From Antedon mediterranea (taxonomy: Eukaryota > Animalia > Echinodermata), in NCBI RefSeq assembly GCF_964355755.1, contig NC_092679.1, positions 3,688,201-3,752,200 of the forward strand: 64,000 nucleotides of DNA, read 5' to 3'. Shown one piece after another: positions 1 through 11,959 of the stretch. Position numbers and translations under genes: made by a program. Numbering within the stretch: position 1 is the first letter of the stretch; the number at the start of each line of letters is the position of its first letter. The notes beneath the pieces are model-generated. The model saw only the letters and a program-made list of their open reading frames with translations. It made no database searches and was not told the DNA's origin.

Positions 1-3000
1 AAGTCTTCGGAAACTTTGCATCTGGATTGTAAGCCTAAGTGTCGCGATGACATAGATTGTAATGGAATCGAAAAATGTTGCGGAGATGGTTGTAACGGCG
101 AATGTATGACACCAATTGAAGGTATAATATGTAGAAAAACTACTATTTTAATAATCACTGTTGTAATCAGCAGCACCATTATCACTGTCAATGTCATCCA
201 TTTATTGTTGCTTTCTTAGCGAATTCAACATCTTATTGTTTCTTTAATAACCAATGGTACGCGGACAACGACATGTTTTCGTCTGGCTGTCAAAGATGTC
301 AGTGTTTAAATGGATCCGTTCTGTGTCGAGCACCAATCTGTCCACAGCTGCCTTGCTCAGACCCAATACAGTCGAACGGTGCATGTTGTCCTAAATGCCG
401 TAAGTAGTAACTGACATTAACTAAGACAACCGCCACTTTCTTACTCGTGCTTCAGATTAAGTTCTATCGGAGAGTGAATAGTTATTCAAATGTTCACACT
501 TAAACAAAAATTTACATACAAACTTCCTCAGATTGCAGAAAAGTCTACAATAGCAAACTTTAGTTCGGAAAAAACTTAGATTTTGTAAACAAACATTCGG
601 TAAGGTTTTCTAGACTAGACTTTACGATTGAATAAGACATTAACGACTGTCGAAAGTAAGAGGAGATGAATTCAGTGAATTTATCCAACTATCTTAATGA
701 CGACAGGTAATTAAATCATGTATTTCAGTCTTAACAAGATTTCTATATACCGTATGATACATGATACATAAATGATTATGTATACTAATTTACATCACAG
801 CTTCCCTGTGTATCGATGATCCTTGTTTAAATAGCGGGATTTGCTCTGAAGTTGCTGACGAGTATGTTTACAATTGTACCTGCGTTGGCGGGTACTCTGG
901 AACGAACTGTGAAGATCCACGTAAGCAAACTTTTTTTGTGTAACCCTTTAATTTGTAATTATTGAAGACTATGAATAAAGTGGTGTCATATGTGATATAA
1001 ATAAACAGTATGGAAGAAGGTTTATTGACGGTACACACGTGCCTCTACCTAGGTAATAGATGTAATAGAAATATTCATATTTTCGACAGCATCAAACTGT
1101 TCTGAGGCAATCTGTTTAAATGGCGGTGTTTGTGTAGAACCGGATTACGACTATAGCAGCAGTGAGCCTCAATGGACATGCCGATGTCCCACTGGATTTG
1201 GCGGAGAAATATGTGAAATACAAGGTAAAATAGCTAGTAAATTATTGCATATCATTGAAAACTAATCTTAAAGAAATAGTGCGGCAGATCAGCAGTAATT
1301 ACTTTTTTAATATATATTTTATCATTATTACTGTTTTTTCAAGATGAACTTTGTAACATGAACAGATGTCAAAATGGAGGAACATGTTATAAAGTATTCG
1401 ACACGATAACGACATGCGCATGCGTAGATGGGTTTACAGGGCCTTCATGTGAACAACGTAAGTTTATTACATTTTTGTTCTGTTGAAATTGACAAACTGA
1501 CGACCAACTCAAAAGTTTACTCGAGGATATTAAACATCGATATTTTAAATGAAGGAAAGAACTTTTTATTATTGTTTTTTATTTAAATAACAGAAAATAT
1601 CTGCCGTAGTCAACCGTGTTTTAATGGTGGAACGTGCATATCTATTTTAAATGCATATTACGAATGCAAATGCCAAGATGATTTCATGGGAGAATATTGT
1701 GAGATGAACAGTAAGTTCTTGCTTTTAGATTGAGAAATGGCGAACAGACAATACAATTATTTTATTAACTTCATATCAAACCGTTGGAGCGGTAATTTTT
1801 CTTATATTTATACATAGTACAGAAATGGTTATACATTTGCAAAATTTCTGTTATATCTACTTCCATTCCATTGTCTATATTACTCTATTATGAAATAATT
1901 CATAATTCTCTTGATTAAAAATGTTTTTTTTAGCTCATAAAAATTGTTCGACTGTGATTTGTGAGAATAACGGTACATGCATAGAAGTTGACTCAGCCAA
2001 GGGATGGCAGTGCCAATGCTCTCCATCTTATGTCGGAGAATTCTGCGAGGAAGAAATCGGTAAAAGTTGTGAAAGTGGAAACAATCAAGTGTTTTTAGTG
2101 ATGATTATAACGATTATGATGATAATAAGTTTAATATTGTGATTGGGCATGATAATGAAAATATGACTTTCTTTCAGAAAATTCTGATTGTTCGACTGTT
2201 GTTTGCCAAAATGGCGGTGAATGTATTGAAGTAGACAGTGTCGGTGATCCCGGTTCCTCATGGTACTGCCGCTGCTCTACTGGAACCAGTGGAAATCTAT
2301 GTGAAATTCAAGGTAATTATAATGACTGCTATAAATTCATCTTCCTAAGAATATAAAATTGCAGATTATCCATGTGTTTCTGGTTATGGCCTTTGTCTTC
2401 ATCCATTTCTTATTATTTTGAAGCTGAGCTTTGTGACGTAAACAGGTGCCAAAATGGGGGTACGTGTTATTTGGTGAATGGTCAAACTTCAGTGACAACC
2501 TGCGCATGCACAGGGGGCTATAGTGGTTCTTCTTGTGATCAATGTGAGTATTGCTATCCAATTTTGTTTCCAATTTAATTCACATCAGATATAATCGCAT
2601 ATTACAATGACAGCAAAGATGGCTAAAGACCATGCACAGATTTGAATTAGAAATATACAAATATAAATTAAAAGAATTAAACTTTTCTTCACTTTTTATT
2701 ATCTTTATTTATATTATTCAAATTTATATTATTATAAAACAGTGGATATTTGCCTTAGTGAACCCTGTCAAAATGGAGGGACTTGCACTCCAGTGTTTAA
2801 CATTTTTTACTCATGCGGTTGTCAAGATGGTTTTAGTGGTGTTAATTGTGAAATTGATGGTACGTATTAATTGATTATTTTTAGACAGATATGTTGTCTA
2901 TGACTTTGCATATATAGGCCTAAGCAAAAATAAACTATTGTTATTAGCATCAGATGTATTAACTTCTTCTTCTTCTTTTAGAAGGACCAGCTAGTTGTTC

Positions 3001-6000
3001 AGATGTTGTTTGTCAAAATGGTGGTGAATGTATAGAAGCAACTTTCAATTCACCGTTGTATTGTCAATGCACACCCGAATTCACTGGCGAATTATGCGAA
3101 GAACGAGGTACTACCGAAGACGTTTTCCAATACACATTTTTGATTGGTTGCCCATAACGTCTCTACATTATCCCAATTAGACGTTTTCCAATACACATTT
3201 CTGATTGGTTGCCCATAACGTCTCTACATTATCCCAATTAGACGTTTTCCAATACACATTTCTGATTGGTTGCCCATAACGTCTCTACATTATCCCAATT
3301 AGACGTTTTCCAATACACATTTTTGATTGGTTGCCCATAACGTCTCTACATTATCCCAATTAGACGTTTTTCAATACACATTTCTGATTGGTTATATTAT
3401 CACAAACATAGTCTACTCTTACAAACTTTACCAAATTCAGTTAGAGTTTGGAAACCACAGTGTAGACTTCTCTGTAAACCTGTTTTCTAAACTTTTAAAC
3501 TAAATATAAACTAAGCAAACTTTTTTAAACATTTCTTGACAACCTTTTTAGTTTGCAAACATTTTGGTAAAGTTTTCCTAGTGTAGAAATCGAAATTATG
3601 TCTCATCAAAGTACTGTAAATAGCTATACACAATTCATTTTAAATGTCGGTGTAACACAATTAATTACACATGATTTTGTATTTTAAAGGTAATCTTTGT
3701 GACGTCAACAAATGTCAAAATGGTGGAACGTGCTATAAGATTAGCGAAACATGGACTACCTGCTCGTGTGTAGATGGCTTTACCGGACCATTTTGTGACC
3801 AACGTTCGTAATAAAAGATTCATTTTATATTACAATGCTTATTATATTACATACCGATGTTCTTCTTCCATTTCATTTTTTGTGTATATTTCGAAAATAA
3901 GGAACAAATCTTTTTTTATAAACAGAAAATATCTGTCTTAGTGAACCTTGTCAAAATGGTGGATCGTGTATTAATACTTTTAACCTTTTTTACTCGTGTA
4001 AATGTCAAGATGGATTCACCGGGATCAACTGTGAAGTTGGCGGTAAGTTCAGTTTCCATCTGATAAATCTCAATCAAATTCTAAGGTATCTGAATCAAAT
4101 AACTGCCCTGTGTGAATCAGCTTCATTGAAAGCAAGTGATGTTTGGACATTTTGTAGGCCTAGCCCACTGTGTACGGACATCTCTTTTTTCATTTCTAAA
4201 AAAAAATTATAAACAAATAAATAAAATAAAATGAAACTTAAAGTTTGCGTATATCGGAGTAGCTGGAACTCGGTAGTCTATTATATGTTTTTCGTTTTAA
4301 GCAGAAGTTCCGATAGACTTGGATTGTTCCATCACGGAATGTCTAAATGGTGGAGAATGCATCAAACCAGATGACTCTGGATCACTTAGTTATCCAGATC
4401 TATGGTTCTGCCAATGTCCTGTTGGATTCCGCGGGAATTTCTGCGAAGAACAAGGTGAGCTATTGAGAGTTTTGTAAACGTAAGGAAAGCTCTGTCTACA
4501 CTATCAAAGTTTATGTGGCTAAAAATGTCATGCGCTCATATATGGACATGATGATGTCATATCACTACCATATTTGGGCAATTCACTACCATTATTTGTG
4601 CACATCACAATTGTTTTTGTTAAACTAGTTTGATAGTGTAGTCAGATCTTTTGGCATTCGGATGTACTTTTTCTGTTTAATTAACAAAAGCATGACTTCA
4701 AGGCAATGTTATTATCTTTTTATATATTTTCAAGATGAACTTTGTGGCTTTAATAGATGTCAAAATGGCGGCACGTGCTATCTTACTGAAGTATCAGGTG
4801 TAACGACGTGCGCATGCGTAGAAGGATTCACTGGCCCTTCGTGTGAACAAAGTAAGTTATCTATCTATATCATTTAATTATTCATTAAAATTATTTCATG
4901 ATTGTAATGAATTGTTTTATTCTTCATTTTAAAAGATCAAAAGAATTGTTCAATAGTTGGTTGTCTGAACAAAGGCTCTTGTATAATAGACGCAACAGAT
5001 GATTGGAAGTGCGAATGCCCAAGTTACTTTAGTGGCGAATTCTGTGAAGAATACGGTAAATATTTAGTAGTAACAAATCTGCAAAAATAACACGTTATTA
5101 AAATATGATTGTGTTGATAAAGTACGCTATTTCGTTTATACAGAACCTTGCATTGGTCAACCTTGTGAAAATGGTGGCCGGTGCCGACCAATAGAAAACG
5201 GATATGAATGCAGTTGCCCCGCCGGAACATCTGGATTTCAGTGCGAAAACACCATTATAGGTAGGGCCTATATCAAATGTTGAATGAATCCGAATATTCG
5301 AAAAAGACCTTCTTCCTTGAAGATCTTTGTAACGTAGTGCATTACTGAACTTTTTATTCCGTAGATCCATGTTTCTTCTCTCCTTGTCTCAACGGCGGCC
5401 GTTGCTCTGCATTTAAAGGATTACCAGATTGTTCGTGTACAGAAGACTTCACTGGACGATTCTGTGAAATATCAAGTAAGGCAGATGTCACACTCTTATT
5501 TCAAATTAAAAGCTTAATAATTTATGTATATCTCGGGTCTATTAAGATGGTGGATATTTAAAAACTGATAATTTATATTTATAGTAAATGAAACGTGTCC
5601 AGATGAAGATCAACCCGTTTCTTGTTTGTTCGATCCCTGTCACGTGACCACCTGTCAAGCTTACCCCAACGCTAGATGCAAGTCAAACTACTGCGGAGGA
5701 TGTAATGCAGAATTCTATGATGAGGATGGAAGTTTAGTGGATTGTTACCCAGAGTGCTTGGCCGGCGTATCTGTTAGATGTGTAATCAATTCGTGTGACG
5801 TCACCACTTGTTCTATAAACAATCCGTCTGCGTATTGCTACGACAACAAATGCGATACGAAATGTAAACCAGTGTTTGTGATAGGCAACAATGAGCTTGC
5901 AATGTGTAATTTGTGCTCAAACCCACTGCCATGTCCGATTGACCCGTGCAATGCTTGTACGTCGATTCCCAGAGGAGCAGAATGCCGTGTGGACACGTGT

Positions 6001-9000
6001 ACAAGTTGCATAGCAGAACTTTACGATTCCGACGGAACAAAAATAGGAGAGTGTCCGGACACGATGCAACAATGTTCGCCAGGTCTTCCTTATGTTCCAT
6101 GTTTACACGACCCTTGTCAGGGTATCGTATGTCCTGGTTACACAGAAGCAGTCTGTAAAGCAACCTACTGTGGAAAATGCAATTATGAGTTTGTCGATCC
6201 GGCTTCTGGTGATCGTGTAGAATGCAATGCGTGCCCTAATAATGAGCCCGTGTACCGGTGTGCATCAGACCCGTGTGCGACGGCCACGTGTTCTGCGCAT
6301 CCTGATGCCGTCTGCCAAGTTATTCAGTGCGGATCTTGTTCTGCAGAGTTTCTATTGAGTTCGGGTGAAGTTGCGGACTGTACAGGTAACCTAGCTTAGT
6401 CTACAATAGCATAATTCTTCAACATTTTTGTTTGCAAACTCTTTCTTGAGGTGGAAAAACTAAAAACTAAACTACTACTAGATAACCGCAAACTGTTGTA
6501 GTTTAGGCCAGTTGATAAACTTCAACAAACTGCAAAAAGTTTCAGAAGTTAGGTCGTTCACTTTAGCTTGACCAACTAGAATAGTGTAGACAGGAATTAT
6601 TTACAAACTTCTCCAAACTGGTAATCTCGAAGTTTGCAAAAGTTTGGTAAAGTTTGCTAGATCTTAACATTTGCATTTTTCGAAACATGAAATGAAGTTA
6701 ATGTACTGTATATAATACTCTTCCTTAGATTATTGTAAAGAGAATAAGTGCAGATACGGTTCCAAATGCCACTCTATATCTGCTGGCTACTTCTGTGAAT
6801 GTCCAGCCTTTAAACGTGGAGAGTTCTGTGAAGAAGATTTCTGTGAACGAAATGGACACACATATACAATTGGAGAAACTTTGGATTCTGATGACGAATG
6901 TAATAAATGGTACGTATTTACTTTTCGATAGAGTGGCAACCATGCTGTGTGTATGATTGCAGTTTTTGCTCATAAACTTTTGAACGCTGCTAATGTTTTA
7001 AATTAAAATCATGAAACCGACTATCTGCAATGTTTTTTTCTAGTATTTGTGGGAAAGAAGGTGCATGGAAGTGCACAGAAAAACGTTGTGGTGAGTAATA
7101 TATTAGGCTAACCATTTGAGATATTATCATATTGTGTATGGAAACATGGAAGAGTCGCTCAACCATAAACATCTGACACTATTCTGTCGTTTTCTAGGTT
7201 CAACGTGTATAGATCGAGGTCAGACATATTATGCAGGTGATCAACGAGATTCTGAAGACGGTTGTAACACCTGGTAAATTATGTTAATATTATATTATTA
7301 TATTTTGAATTATGCTAATAGTAATATAACCTTTTTGGTACAATCGTCTATCGATGAAACAGAATGACGGCAATATTTAGAAGGTTTCTGGTTAACATAC
7401 CGTATATTCAGTAAAGTTTTAGAAGTTTTTAAGCCTACTTAGAGTACATAAACATTTATTTCTATAGTTTTTGTACCGAAGAAGGGGATTGGGGTTGTAC
7501 AGAAATAGCTTGTAATGGTAATATACATTTATTATATTTTTAAATTTTAACTGCAACATGGCTTGTATAAAAGTGGTACAGCAAGTACTGACAATAAGAA
7601 GCCTGAATTTAAATGGTGGTCGTAATATAGTCGCATTCCAGTTCACATGTTAACTGCATTTAATACCGTATTAAATGTGTTATGTTTTTCTGTGATTTTA
7701 TAGTATATGTTTATATATATATATATATATTTATAACATGCTTTGTTTTTTTTAAATTTCATTTTCGGCTGATCAAACTAGATATGTAAGTATATGATTT
7801 TTAAGCTATTAACTATTCAAATTTAGGCCTAAACTAAAAATATATAGAACAAACAAATAGAAGGAAAGATTACAAAATAAAAGGTTAACAATTATACAGC
7901 AATTCCACGTCGTCATCATAAACAGGTTTCTCATCTGCTAGTCCAAAATTTGTGTGTGTATGAATTCAAAAATTCAATTAAGACTAAGATGTAACGTATT
8001 AATCGATTAAAATGTAATCATTTTTTATTCGTTTTAGAACAATAGTTGAGTTGACATTTCACCTTGATTACAATTTTGCAAATATTGAAGATGATATCGA
8101 AACATTCAAACAGTAAGTAAACCTTAAATATAAAAAATCAAATAGAAAGAAATAAATACAATTAAAAATACGGAGACATTAATTAAATGAAATAACCATT
8201 AAATTATATTTTTCAGGAGCTTACGGCTGGACTTGGCTAAGCAACTATCTCTTCCAGTAACATCATTAAGAGATTTTCGGGTAGGTACCTTAACTTCGTA
8301 CTTCGATCGTATTAGTTGAAACAAAGTTTTAGCTATCATGATTCAATTTAAGCTAATGCCGATGTCTCATATATATGTTATCTTGTAGCTATCGCCCGGT
8401 AGTATAGTCGTTGAATTCAAACTTGTTAGCAGTGACGAACTAGCGGAAACAGACGTGACACAGGTTGCTGCTGACATCGTGAAACAGGTTGGTTTTTATT
8501 GGTTGATTGAACTTGTTTATGCAAATGTTTATATTACAGGTAATACCTTATTGGTTGGTTTGACTTTTTATGCAAATTAGCTGTAATCAATACCGTATCT
8601 ATTTATTTCACTATTGATTATTTTGATACCTTTTAGCTTGATAACGAATATATTTTCACATTTGACGGACAAGATATTATGGTTATTCCTGACACCGTGA
8701 CCGTAATATCAGAACCTGAAGCAATCAAGAAAAACAATACGAATTTGGAACTTATTATTGGGGTTACTGCCGGGGCCGTTGGTCTCATTGCTGCTGTTAT
8801 CATATTTTTAATTGTAAGTTTTTTTTTCTCTCAAAATAGTGGTTCTGTCTCGGGTTATCATAATTAGTATTTTACTTTTTCTTAAGATTTTATTTCGTGA
8901 TATACATCAAAACTTCACACGATATAAAACATGTTGAAACTGATGATCTCTACACAAACCCACCCATTACTGCGCATGTTCTAACCGGCAAAACATGTAT

Positions 9001-9416
9001 AATCATTACCGTATACTATTGATATATTTAGATTAGAAACAAAAGAAGAAAAGAGTGTAAGTTGCCTACTACATCTAAAAAGGTAAGTCTATAGTTTCCT
9101 TTTACTTGTGTTCCTTCAAGGCTGATTTTTCACTACGAAATTGTTCCGCAGGAGTCGCTTATACGCATGCGTAGAGAGGGATTTGGAAGATGGAAACATG
9201 AATACGCATTCATTCTTTGATTTCCATGTAAAGAGGATTCACCGCAGCACCAGTCTCCGGCAAATTTTTCAGGAAACTAACAAATAACACTATCAGATAT
9301 ACAAGCAATCAATTGTCTTTTATTAATAATGTAATCACTTTCATTCATGTTCACTCTATTGGTTTCAGACTTCTACGTATCCCAATGCCAATTTTGTACC
9401 TGATGCAGTAAACTGA
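1..9416 (+). CDS. 3' portion of a multi-exon type I membrane protein: WAP, VWC, about 17 EGF-like, Cys-rich repeat exon, 2 pacifastin/VWC-like modules, SEA-like domain, TM, short tail (5' end outside window)
   Basis: GT-AG exons translate to WAP ([22 protein letters not shown], 1-121), VWC (~221-399), one EGF per phase-1 exon (~801-5475 and ~6730), an ~800 bp Cys-repeat exon (~5585-6385), [19 protein letters not shown] and [19 protein letters not shown], a GSIVVEF motif (~8398), [23 protein letters not shown] (~8751-8813) and tail IRNKRRK...[12 protein letters not shown], stop TGA 9414-9416. Confidence 0.9.
3118..3395. repeat. 61-bp minisatellite, about 4.5 copies, starting just after an EGF exon donor
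   Basis: Unit AGACGTTTTCCAATACACATTTCTGATTGGTTGCCCATAACGTCTCTACATTATCCCAATT repeated near-identically. Confidence 0.95.
3409..3587. mobile_element. Degenerate MITE (second family with GTCTACACTA-like ends); related remnants near 540-615 and 6397-6662
   Basis: Imperfect inverted ends gtctactcttacaaactttaccaaa / tttggtaaagttttcctagtgtaga. Similar ends recur in two other introns. Confidence 0.55.
4488..4649. mobile_element. Harbinger/Tourist-like MITE family A, copy 1
   Basis: TIR AGCTCTGTCTACACTATCAAA / TTTGATAGTGTAGTCAGATCT, with the internal CACTACCATATTTGGGCA motif shared by about 12 copies. Confidence 0.85.
9119..9210 (-). mobile_element. Partial, diverged copy of the palindromic MITE at 29946
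   Basis: atacgcatgcgtagagagggatttggaagatggaaacatgaata matches the reverse complement of 30008-30052, and the left end ggctgatttttcacta resembles that element's TIR. Confidence 0.7.
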
Positions 9417-9569
9417 GAAATCAAAGTTGGAGAACATATCCTAATACAGAGAAATTTGAGTGTAGACTGCTTTTTGTTGGAATGTGAAACATTTTATACT
9501 GTATACTACTTTGTGTGCTAATTTGTATATTGTGAATAATAATTGTGAATATTAATTATATAATAGTTA

Positions 9570-10532
9570 TTACTATCTTATCGATTTTACTAACTTGTCG
9601 GTTATTACTAACTTGTTGGTTATTACTATCTTATCGATATTACTAACTTGTCGGTTATTAGGCCTACTAACTTGTTGGTTATTACTAACTTGTTGGTTAT
9701 TACTAACTTGGTGGTTATTACTAACTTGGTGGTTATTACTAACTTGTTGGTTATTACTAACTTGTTGGTTATAACTAACTTGTTGGTTATAACTAACTTG
9801 TTGGTTATTACTAACTTGTTGGTTATTACTAACTTGTTGGTTATTACTAACTTGTCGGTTATTTCTAACTTGTCGGTTATTACTAACTTGTCGGTTATTA
9901 CTAACTTGTCGGTTATTACTATCTTATCGATTTTACTAACTTGTCGGTTATTACTAACTTGTTGGTTATTACTATCTTATCGATTTTACTAACTTGTCGG
10001 TTATTAGGCCTACTAACTTGTTGGTTATTACTAACTTGTTGGTTATTACTAACTTGGTGGTTATTACTAACTTGGTGGTTATTACTAACTTGTTGGTTAT
10101 TACTAACTTGTTGGTTATAACTAACTTGTTGGTTATAACTAACTTGTTGGTTATAACTAACTTGTTGGTTATTACTAACTTGTTGGTTATTACTAACTTG
10201 TCGGTTATTTCTAACTTGTCGGTTATTACTAACTTGTCGGTTATTACTAACTTGTCGGTTATTACTAACTTGTCGGTTATTACTAACTTGTCGGTTATTA
10301 CTAACTTGTCGGTTATTACTAACTTGTCGGTTATTACTAACTTGTCGGTTATTACTAACTTGTCGGTTATTACTAACTTGTCGGTTATTACTAACTTGTC
10401 GGTTATTACTAACTTGTCGGTTATTACTAACTTGTCGGTTATTACTATCTTGTTGGTTATTACTAACTTGTCGGTATTACTAACTTGTCGGTTATTACTA
10501 ACTTGTCGGTTATTACTAACTTGTTGGTTATT
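9570..10532. repeat. 18-bp minisatellite (TTATTACTAACTTGTYGG)n with a 346-bp higher-order duplication
   Basis: Dozens of units. The variant pattern starting at 9648 recurs at 9994. Confidence 0.97.
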
Positions 10533-10894
10533 CGTTGTGGTTAACTTTTACTATTTAAAATAGTGCTGTAAATAGATCAACCGAAATATGAACGAATAGT
10601 AAAATAATATACATAATAATGAATATAGAATAATAAATGAATATAGAATAATAATGATAATAAATAATGAATTATATGTAAATTTATTTGGAAATATTGG
10701 TTATAAACAAATGCTAAATGGACGAGGTTTGCAGTATCAAATATAATACACTTAATAATACAGTACAGTAAACTTAATACATTATATATAATATAGTACA
10801 CTATAGGTGCTGCATAGGCGCTGCATAGACAGGATCATGTATAAATATAAAACAGACACATTTCTTGTTTCTGCGTCAAAATAAAATATTTATT

Positions 10895-10931
10895 GTACGA
10901 GTACTTTCGACCATAGGTCATCATCAGGTAC
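10895..10931 (-). ncRNA. Minimal type I hammerhead ribozyme (Penelope-like element remnant)
   Basis: Minus strand reads GTAC-CTGATGA-T-GACC TAT GGTC-GAA-A GTAC T-C-GTAC: complete core, stem II, palindromic stem III, 4-bp stem I, followed by AATAAA. Confidence 0.85.
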
Positions 10932-11959
10932 TATATATAGTACACTTATAGCCTTATGGTTAAATTATAATAATAAGTAGGTGGACAAACGCCAATATCA
11001 ACAGAACGTTCATTATAATGGTAATTTTTTCTATTGTAACGATGACAGTTATTATTAAATTATATTTAGAAAACAAAATAAACGTGACGTTATAGTAGGC
11101 TACTTAATTGTAAAATCTCACCATGACTCGTTTTTCGAGTTTTTATCGAATTTTCCCGACGTTTCCCGACTTTCCTTTCTTAACTCAGGTTGTTTAATCT
11201 ACTCATCTATACGGCCTTTTGTTTCTACCCAGTTTCAACAAAGGACAGTCGATCCAGTTATTTTCAGTTTTTGTTGTTCTTTTTTTAGTGTCATCGTGTA
11301 TTTTTTTCTTTTTCTGTCTATCAAAATATCATTTTTTCAGTGTAATGCGTCCGTTTATGTTTTATGCTTAGGGACTGCAAAGACAAGCCACTTTGGCTTC
11401 TGTGTGTCTTGACATAAACAATGTAAACTGTTAATATTGAATAAATGTTATTGTTTATACTGTATAATAATTTATACCATAGAGATATTATATAATATCT
11501 CTATGTTTATACTAATATATGCATGTTTTGTACAGGTTGATGTACTTTTTTAAAGATGTATTATTTAATTATAAAGCATTTGCAATCTCATAACGAGACA
11601 TTGCATGAAGAATAATCGCCATTTTTCCAGATACATTATCTTTAATACTGACTAATATTAGTCCATAAAATCGTCTGGTTTCCAACAATTTATATTTGTA
11701 TATATAATAAGCCTACAACTGACCTTACGATAGTTTTACAGTGTGGATCACATTTTAATATATTCGTGGAATTATTATTAAAAGTACTAACGTAATTACA
11801 GTGTATAATTTGAAACAATTTATTGATAGACATTTGCGTTTGATATGACTTACTGAAATCTGCGGGTTGAAGGACTATTATGTACCATGGATGTTTACAA
11901 GCGATTCAAGTGCTTTGTTGTTTCAATACAATAAAGCCATTGATTCGTCGTTTGAAAAA

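Noticed and set aside
3118-3395. CRISPR-like regular repeats (also 31297-31682 and 32942-33243)
   Set aside because: Head-to-tail units with no unique spacers, eukaryotic context and no cas genes.
9648-10563. ORFs of repeating ITNLLV/ITNLSV
   Set aside because: By-product of an 18-bp stop-free minisatellite; no splice or coding context.
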